Shown here one piece after another: positions 58,761-64,000 of a stretch of DNA of 64,000 nt; positions within the stretch are counted from its first letter, which is position 1, and each line of letters opens with the position of its first letter. The DNA is from Candidatus Latescibacterota bacterium (GTDB lineage: Bacteria > Latescibacterota > UBA2968 > UBA8231). Both the position numbers and the translations under genes were made by a program. The stretch lies in assembly GCA_965219385.1 (NCBI GenBank), contig CBDCNM010000002.1, forward strand, positions 2,536,936 to 2,600,935, read 5' to 3'. Below the pieces are notes generated by a model that saw nothing but the letters and a program-made list of their open reading frames with translations, was not told where the DNA came from and did not search any database.

Positions 58761-59041
58761 GCCGCGGCAAATCCGTGGTGATTAAACCAGGCGTCGTGGG
58801 CGAAAAAAGCGCGCCACTGCTTGACCTGGCACACAAAAAGTGCTTTATAATTCCTAAACGTGTACAATTCGACGATCACATTGAGGAAGGCGGTATGCTG
58901 GGTACGGTATGCGCTGGGCAGGGAGGTGCACCAGATGCGCTCAGAGCGCACGGGCTCCGTGCTCACGCTGCAAACCTACCCTCGCGTGCTCTCGGGCGAC
59001 ATGGTCGCCGTAATCCTCGAAGCTGACGGAAGGAGAATACA

Positions 59042-60022
59042 ATGAAAATTGCCTTGGCTCTTGGCCCCGACCCCAGTGCCGTTGCGGCCTTTGGATCCCA
59101 GTGCGGTGTGGAACACGCTGTTGGTAGCTTCGGCCTCAAACCCAAACCGGGCCTGCCTATCGACCACGACGAGCAGCCGTTCAGTAGCCCGTCGCTCGCT
59201 CGTACCAAGGCGGCGCACGAAAAAATGGGTTACCAGCTGTCGGTCATCGAAAGTCGGCCCCCGATGGAGCAGATCAAGCTCGCCCAGCCGGATCGCGACG
59301 AAGAGATCGAGGTCATCTGCGAGTTCATCCGCAACATGGGTGCCGTCGGCATTCCGGTGTGGTGTCCTTTCTGGATGCCCGTCCACGCCGTCATCCGCAC
59401 ATCCAGAGAAATCCCCACGCGGGGCGGCGCCAAAGTCACCGGCTTCGACTTGGAGGAGTTCAAGAAAAGCCACCCCGAAGGAGAGCACGGCGAAATCACC
59501 GAAGAAGACCAGTGGGACCACTTGAAGTACTTCCTCGAGCGCGTAGTGCCCGTCGCCGAAGAGGCCGGCGTCAAGCTGGCGATGCACCCCGATGATCCGC
59601 CGCTATCGCCGATCCAGGGCGTCGCCCGCATCATGAGCAGCATAGATAACTATCAGAAGATGGTCGACCTCGTACCCAGCCCGGCCAACGGCATCGGCCT
59701 GTGCCAGGGCAACTTCGGACTGATGACCGACGACCTGCCCGGCGTCATCCGCCACTTCGGCGAGCAGCAGAAGATCCACTTCGTTCACTTCCGCGACATC
59801 CGCGGCACGCCCGAGAAGTTCGCCGAGGCGTTCCACGACGACGGCAAGCACGACATGGCCGCTTGTGTGCGCGCTTACCGAGACGTCGGCTACGAGGGTG
59901 TGGCCCGCCCGGACCACTTTGCGCAGATGACCTACGAGGACTTCAAAGACGTGCATTCCATGGAGCGTCTCTTCGCGATCGGCTACATGAGGGGGTTGAT
60001 CGAGGCTGTCTACAGCGAATAG
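59042..60022 (+). CDS. mannonate dehydratase (UxuA) family protein, 326 aa
   Basis: YFLERVVPVAEEAGVKLAMHPDDPP, GLCQGNF, FVHFRD, FHDDG..DM, RPDH; AAGGAG SD. Confidence 0.9.
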   Translation: MKIALALGPDPSAVAAFGSQCGVEHAVGSFGLKPKPGLPIDHDEQPFSSPSLARTKAAHEKMGYQLSVIESRPPMEQIKLAQPDRDEEIEVICEFIRNMGAVGIPVWCPFWMPVHAVIRTSREIPTRGGAKVTGFDLEEFKKSHPEGEHGEITEEDQWDHLKYFLERVVPVAEEAGVKLAMHPDDPPLSPIQGVARIMSSIDNYQKMVDLVPSPANGIGLCQGNFGLMTDDLPGVIRHFGEQQKIHFVHFRDIRGTPEKFAEAFHDDGKHDMAACVRAYRDVGYEGVARPDHFAQMTYEDFKDVHSMERLFAIGYMRGLIEAVYSE

Positions 60023-60065
60023 CGAGCAGCACGCTGATGCGCCTGCTCATCCGGAAAGGTCTGTT

Positions 60066-60158
60066 ATGATTATCGACACGCACATTCATCTCTACGATCC
60101 CATGCGGCCCCAGGGGGTACCCTGGCCGGATCCTGAGAACACACTGCTCTACCGCACC
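60066..60158 (+). pseudogene. amidohydrolase-family N-terminal stub
   Basis: MIIDTHIHLYDPMRPQGVPWPDPENTLLYRT (DxHxH metal motif), then similarity is lost. Confidence 0.65.
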
Positions 60159-60262
60159 CAGAGCGTCGCGCGAGTCGTCCATGTGGCATACTGAAGACAG
60201 AGGGCACACGATGTAGTTAGCAGGATGAGAATTCCATATCCATATCGAGAAAGGACGTTCCC

Positions 60263-61252
60263 ATGCGACAGGGAAAATTCAAACTGGCTATGACCTTGGG
60301 GGAGAGCCCCAATGTATTTCCTGAACGCGTAAAAATCTGCAGAGAGATGGGAATCAAGCACTGCGTAACGAGTCCGCCGCTTGGAGAGATCGGGCGCGAT
60401 CAATACTATGCCGCGATGAAACAACAGAAAGATGAGTGGGCGCAAGCGGGATTCTCCATTCCTGTGTATGAAACCATGACCCCGGTCCGCGGCGACAATA
60501 TACGTCGGGGGACGCCCGGCCGGGACGAAGAACTGCTCAATTTCATTGCCGCCGTGGAAGCCATGGGCAAGGTCGGCATTCCGGTACTGTGCTATAACCT
60601 GGGTCAAGGTGGAGCGCGGACCGACTGGGTCCTCGTGCGCGGCGGCGCCATTTCCTCGCAGTTTGATTATGCGGAATCGAAGAGCCAGCCGCCCGTCGGC
60701 GACATTCTTACCGAGGAAGAACTCTGGGACAACCTGACATGGCTATTGGAGCGCATTATACCCGTCGCGGAGAAGGTCAACGTCAAAATGGGTTATCATC
60801 CCAACGATCCCCCCATTTCTCCATATCGAGGATCCGCACAGATTATGGTCAGTGCCGATGCGTACCGTCGGTTGATAGACATTGTGCCGAGTCCGTGCAA
60901 TGGCATCACGTTCTGCCAGGGGAATTTCAAAGCCATGGGCGAAGACATTTACTCAGTGGCCAGAGAATTCGTCGAGCAGGGCAAGGTCTTCTTCATCCAC
61001 TACCGCGATGTCGAGGGGACAGCGAGCACGCGGTTCACAGAGACCTTCCACGACGACGGTCCGACGGATATGGCCAGGATACTCGAAATCTACGCCAGGG
61101 GCAGCTTCAATGGCCCCATCCGTCCCGACCATGCTCCAGCCATGGGGAATGAGGATGCGGCGGAAACCCACGGCTACGGTATGCTGGGAAAGATCTTCGC
61201 TTTCGGGTACATGATAGGTCTAATGCAGGCCCAGAATCTGGCATATGAGTAA
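60263..61252 (+). CDS. mannonate dehydratase (UxuA) family protein, 329 aa
   Basis: LLERIIPVAEKVNVKMGYHPNDPP, TFCQGNF, FIHYRD, FHDDG..DM, RPDH. Confidence 0.9.
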   Translation: MRQGKFKLAMTLGESPNVFPERVKICREMGIKHCVTSPPLGEIGRDQYYAAMKQQKDEWAQAGFSIPVYETMTPVRGDNIRRGTPGRDEELLNFIAAVEAMGKVGIPVLCYNLGQGGARTDWVLVRGGAISSQFDYAESKSQPPVGDILTEEELWDNLTWLLERIIPVAEKVNVKMGYHPNDPPISPYRGSAQIMVSADAYRRLIDIVPSPCNGITFCQGNFKAMGEDIYSVAREFVEQGKVFFIHYRDVEGTASTRFTETFHDDGPTDMARILEIYARGSFNGPIRPDHAPAMGNEDAAETHGYGMLGKIFAFGYMIGLMQAQNLAYE

Positions 61253-61271
61253 CGGGACAAGCGCAAACTGA

Positions 61272-61490
61272 CTACTTACTCGCCCGGTAGCGGTGCCACC
61301 CCGTGCGGCTGTGCCGCCAGCCCAGCGCGTCCAGGTGAGTCGCGCGGATCTCCTCGATGTGGCGTGTGTGGACGGCGAATTTTTCCTCGGTAACCTTGTA
61401 GTGCTCGAGCAGGTCCAGCTCCACGCCCAACCCCGGTCCTTCGGGGACCTTGAGGAATCCCTGGTCGTAGGTCATCTTGCCGGGCAGGCG
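61272..61490 (-). pseudogene. mandelate racemase/enolase-superfamily C-terminal fragment
   Basis: GFLKVPEGPGLGVELD motif; 5' part replaced by IS sequence. Confidence 0.7.
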
Positions 61491-61826
61491 AGAGCACCTC
61501 GGCATGGAAACCCAACGGCAGTGGTCCGACTTGGCCATCCAGCGAACGACTCCGATCGTGCTGGGGCTGTACTCGATCGTTACCTGGATCACCGTCCACT
61601 TGGCCCAGAACGAGGAGATTGCGATCCAGAAAACCGCCTGGTATAATAAGGAAAAGTCACCTTCTCCGACTGTCTGTTCATGGTACGCAAGCATATCTGG
61701 CAAACACAGATACAGAATTATATGATCTCTACATCGAAAGACGACATCATCCAATTCACCCCCGATATCCTGGATCTCCTCTTGGAATTGGGCTATCCTA
61801 AAGCCGCTTAGATGGACAAACTGGAG
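61490..61826 (+). mobile_element. IS701-like transposase 3' fragment with probable terminal repeat
   Basis: EHLGMETQRQWSDLAIQRTTP.VLGLYS.VT...AWY.K..VTFSD (frameshifted); ends ATGGACAAACTGGAG. Confidence 0.7.
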
Positions 61827-61829
61827 TTG

Positions 61830-61992
61830 TATTCTATATACAACCGATTCGATTGCCAGGAAAAAACATGGCCGACGAGCCATCAGCTTATTCCGGCTTG
61901 GTTTAGATCGGTTACAGCAGCTTATCTGCAATTCTCAGCACCGACCTAAAGAGAGCCGACAGGCGGTGCGGATTTTACTTTCGTGTACTTAG
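61830..61992 (+). mobile_element. IS4-family transposase 3' fragment
   Basis: KKHGRRAISLFRLGLDRLQQL...LLSCT* ending TGTACTTAG. Confidence 0.65.
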
Positions 61993-62097
61993 GGTCGCCC
62001 AAAAAGTGGGTACTTCGTACACCCATGATGGCCGAAGGGCTGACGGATCATGTATGGACGTTGGAGGAACTCCTTTCGTTTCGGGTGCCACCAAGGC
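61993..62097 (+). mobile_element. IS1-like transposase 3' fragment
   Basis: RTPMMAEGLTDHVWTLEELLSFRVPP. Confidence 0.65.
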
Positions 62098-62815
62098 ACC
62101 TGTGGTACAACCTCTTGGTCTCGGACGGGTCCAGGGCGCCGGATGGCTCGCTGAGCTGGGAGCTTCTGGGCGAACTCCCCTCGAGCCGCCGCAACCTCCA
62201 GGGCATCGTCCACTTTGAGGAGCGCTTCCCGCTGCGCAAAGTGCGCCACGGGCGCCTGGTCTTCCCCATGACCGAAGGCCTCCAGGCCTTCGACGGCCGC
62301 ATCGGCACCACGGCCGAGTGGCAGTTCTTCGGCGCGGGCTACCCGGCCGGGGTCGTGGTACGCTCGCCGCTGTACGACCTAGAGAGCGTCCAACACGTCT
62401 CGTCGATCAGCTGGACAGCCGACGAGTCGCCCTCTACCCTGGTCGAGCTCCGCAGCCGCACCGGCAATCTCCTCGACGAGGAATACGTCTACTACGACAA
62501 AAACGGCAAACAGGTCACCGAGAAGAAATACAACAAGTTCATCCCCAATTTCCGGGGCCGCATCGACACCACGCGCACGCCCGGCGCCGACTGGAGCAAC
62601 TGGAGCCGGGCCTACGACGCACCCGGCCAGGCGCCCGGCCCCCGGCGCTACCTGCAACTGGAGGCGCACTTCCGCTCCGAAGACCCCTTCGACACCGCCG
62701 TCCTCGACGATATCGTCCTCGAATTCAACAATCCCCTGGCCCAGGAGACCCGCGCCGAGATCTTTTCCGCCGAAGCCCAGCCCGGCGAACAAAGCCTTTT
62801 CACGTACTACCTCCA
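62098..62815 (+). pseudogene. internal fragment of a discoidin-FlgD family gene
   Basis: LVSDGSRAPDGSLSW...ELRSRTGN..EEYVYYDKNGKQVTEKKYNKFIPNFRG..WSNWS..RRYLQLE aligns with 46233/51066; flanked by IS fragments. Confidence 0.85.
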
Positions 62816-63150
62816 CTTCCTCCTGGGGAGCATCGTCGATACCTTTCCCCAGTCGACGGCTTCCTCCGGCTCCCCCTCCCGGGTAAAGTGGTGTTCCTGC
62901 AGTATGCGATCCGCTTGCCGTTCCAGCTGCGCCAGAATCTGTTGTCCTTCTCCTTCGGCGGTATCGCACAAGGTGCGCGACGGCGTCCCTGCTTCGGCCG
63001 ATTGATGACGGATCCGGTTAATCAAGTCCGTCGTCTTGCGATACGAGTCTTCGACTACCCCATGCACCAGCGCCAACTCCTTGAAACCCCGCGTCCGATA
63101 CCATTCCTTGGCCTGCAACGGCGGAAACAACCACCGACTCGTCCGATGGC
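62815..63150 (-). mobile_element. probable transposase fragment (ISKra4/ISLre2-like)
   Basis: FPPLQAKEWYRTRGFKELAL...SYRKTTDLINRIRHQ...GTPSRTL. Confidence 0.45.
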
Positions 63151-63530
63151 GCAGCTCGGTGGGGCGCGATGTAGACGCTGGGCAGAAAACGGACCCCAAC
63201 CCCTGCTGATTCAGCCAGAAATTCAGGTTCAGGATAGCCGGCCCGTACACATAGCTCGACAATCATCTGGGTGCCTCGTCCCCACTGTTCCACCAACCGG
63301 CGGCGATAGAAGACGCCCGCAATGAGCTGGTTGCGTGGCAACGAGCGGTGGTTCTGCTTCACAACGATCTTCCCGTCCGAAGTAACGCCGATCAGCACGC
63401 GACCCCCTTGCCCGTTCAGGAAGGCGCAGAGCGTCTCGCCAGCCCGGGGAAGCTGAGCCGTCGATTTCTTGAACTCGACGGTCTCGGATTCGCCGGACTC
63501 CGCGAGGCGCTGTAGCTCCTTAAGCTCCAC
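63150..63530 (-). pseudogene. Schlafen/AlbA_2 + HATPase-type regulator, internally deleted
   Basis: GESETVEFKKS...LCAFLNGQGGRVLIGV joined directly to SLPRNQLIA..FY....VEQWGRGTQMI. Confidence 0.75.
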
Positions 63531-63739
63531 AGACCACTCCTTCAGATCAGGAGGGTTGGCAGTACAGTTTTACTCCACCCAGCCTTGAACGCCGATGGGC
63601 CCTCAGTCTGGATGATCTTTATCCTGACAACAAGGGCGAGGAGACCAGGGCGGCCGGGCCCAGGCCGCCGATGGCATGGCGCGTTCTCATAGAAGCCTTG
63701 GCTGGTGTTGGTCAGTCGTAGAACAACTCAAGGGGATAG

Positions 63740-63894
63740 ATGCGCAAGCGCCGTGAACGCGAAAAGATGCTCGCGGCCCTGCCGCAGAGCGGATGGAAGA
63801 TCTACGGATCCGGGGGGCGGCCGAACGCCTTGGCGTGAAGCCAACAACCCTCATTTCCCGTATTAAAAAGATGGGCCTCAGGAAGCCAGAATAA
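63740..63894 (+). pseudogene. sigma54-activator (FhlA-like) C-terminal Fis-type HTH fragment
   Basis: GWKIYGSGG / AAERLGVKPTTLISRIKKMGL with a frameshift in the G run. Confidence 0.7.
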
Positions 63895-64000
63895 GAGGTA
63901 ATCGTCAATTGGCTTTACATAAGTCATTGTAAATTATACAAGTCACTCCGGCTTTTTGAGCCGGCGTCTTAAATGCTTGCGTACAATCCACGTTACATAT

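Noticed and set aside
58821..58851. Promoter TTGACC-19 nt-TATAAT upstream of the UxuA-like gene
   Set aside because: Spacer is 19 nt with no extended -10; plausible but not well supported.
15920..62815. Family relics acting as silent donor cassettes (pilS/vls style)
   Set aside because: The relics are far diverged in DNA from the intact pair, and two of the three lack the variable domain.
61983..63005. 340-aa ORF as a real protein
   Set aside because: Chimera of an IS tail, a discoidin-FlgD fragment and antisense transposase sequence.

Overview
High-GC bacterial window dominated by secreted, surface and membrane-protein genes. The gene families suggest Candidatus Latescibacterota or a related FCB-group lineage; this is inference, as no marker gene is present. 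(1) A ~18.6-kb minus-strand operon (19070->443) encodes, in order: a CBM9/DOMON-like exported protein, two discoidin(F5/8-like)+FlgD-Ig/'TPNGDG' C-terminal-domain proteins, an 871-aa probable outer-membrane barrel, a SurA/PrsA-like lipoprotein, a lipoprotein, a 1535-aa fusion of a catalytically altered, nicastrin/nicalin-like M28 domain to an FtsX/MacB-type permease, and two OPT-fold membrane proteins. (2) A central block holds CRTAC1/ASPIC-UnbV (FG-GAP) beta-propeller, TPR and PPIase genes, a redoxin plus copper-monooxygenase pair, and an FGE-fold gene. (3) Two ~2.55-kb direct repeats (48650-51208, 52606-55159) encode 789/788-aa discoidin-FlgD proteins. These are essentially identical in DNA except at four short, overwhelmingly non-synonymous patches in predicted ligand-binding loops, an antibody-CDR-like pattern and the most striking signal here. 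At least eight members or relics of this family are in the window. (4) Four mannonate-dehydratase (UxuA)-family paralogs and a second FGE-fold gene are followed by a pile of IS and gene fragments. Internal deletions, gene scars and short perfect tandem duplications are pervasive. No rRNA, tRNA, CRISPR array or reverse transcriptase was recognised. All family assignments come from motifs read by eye, not from database searches.
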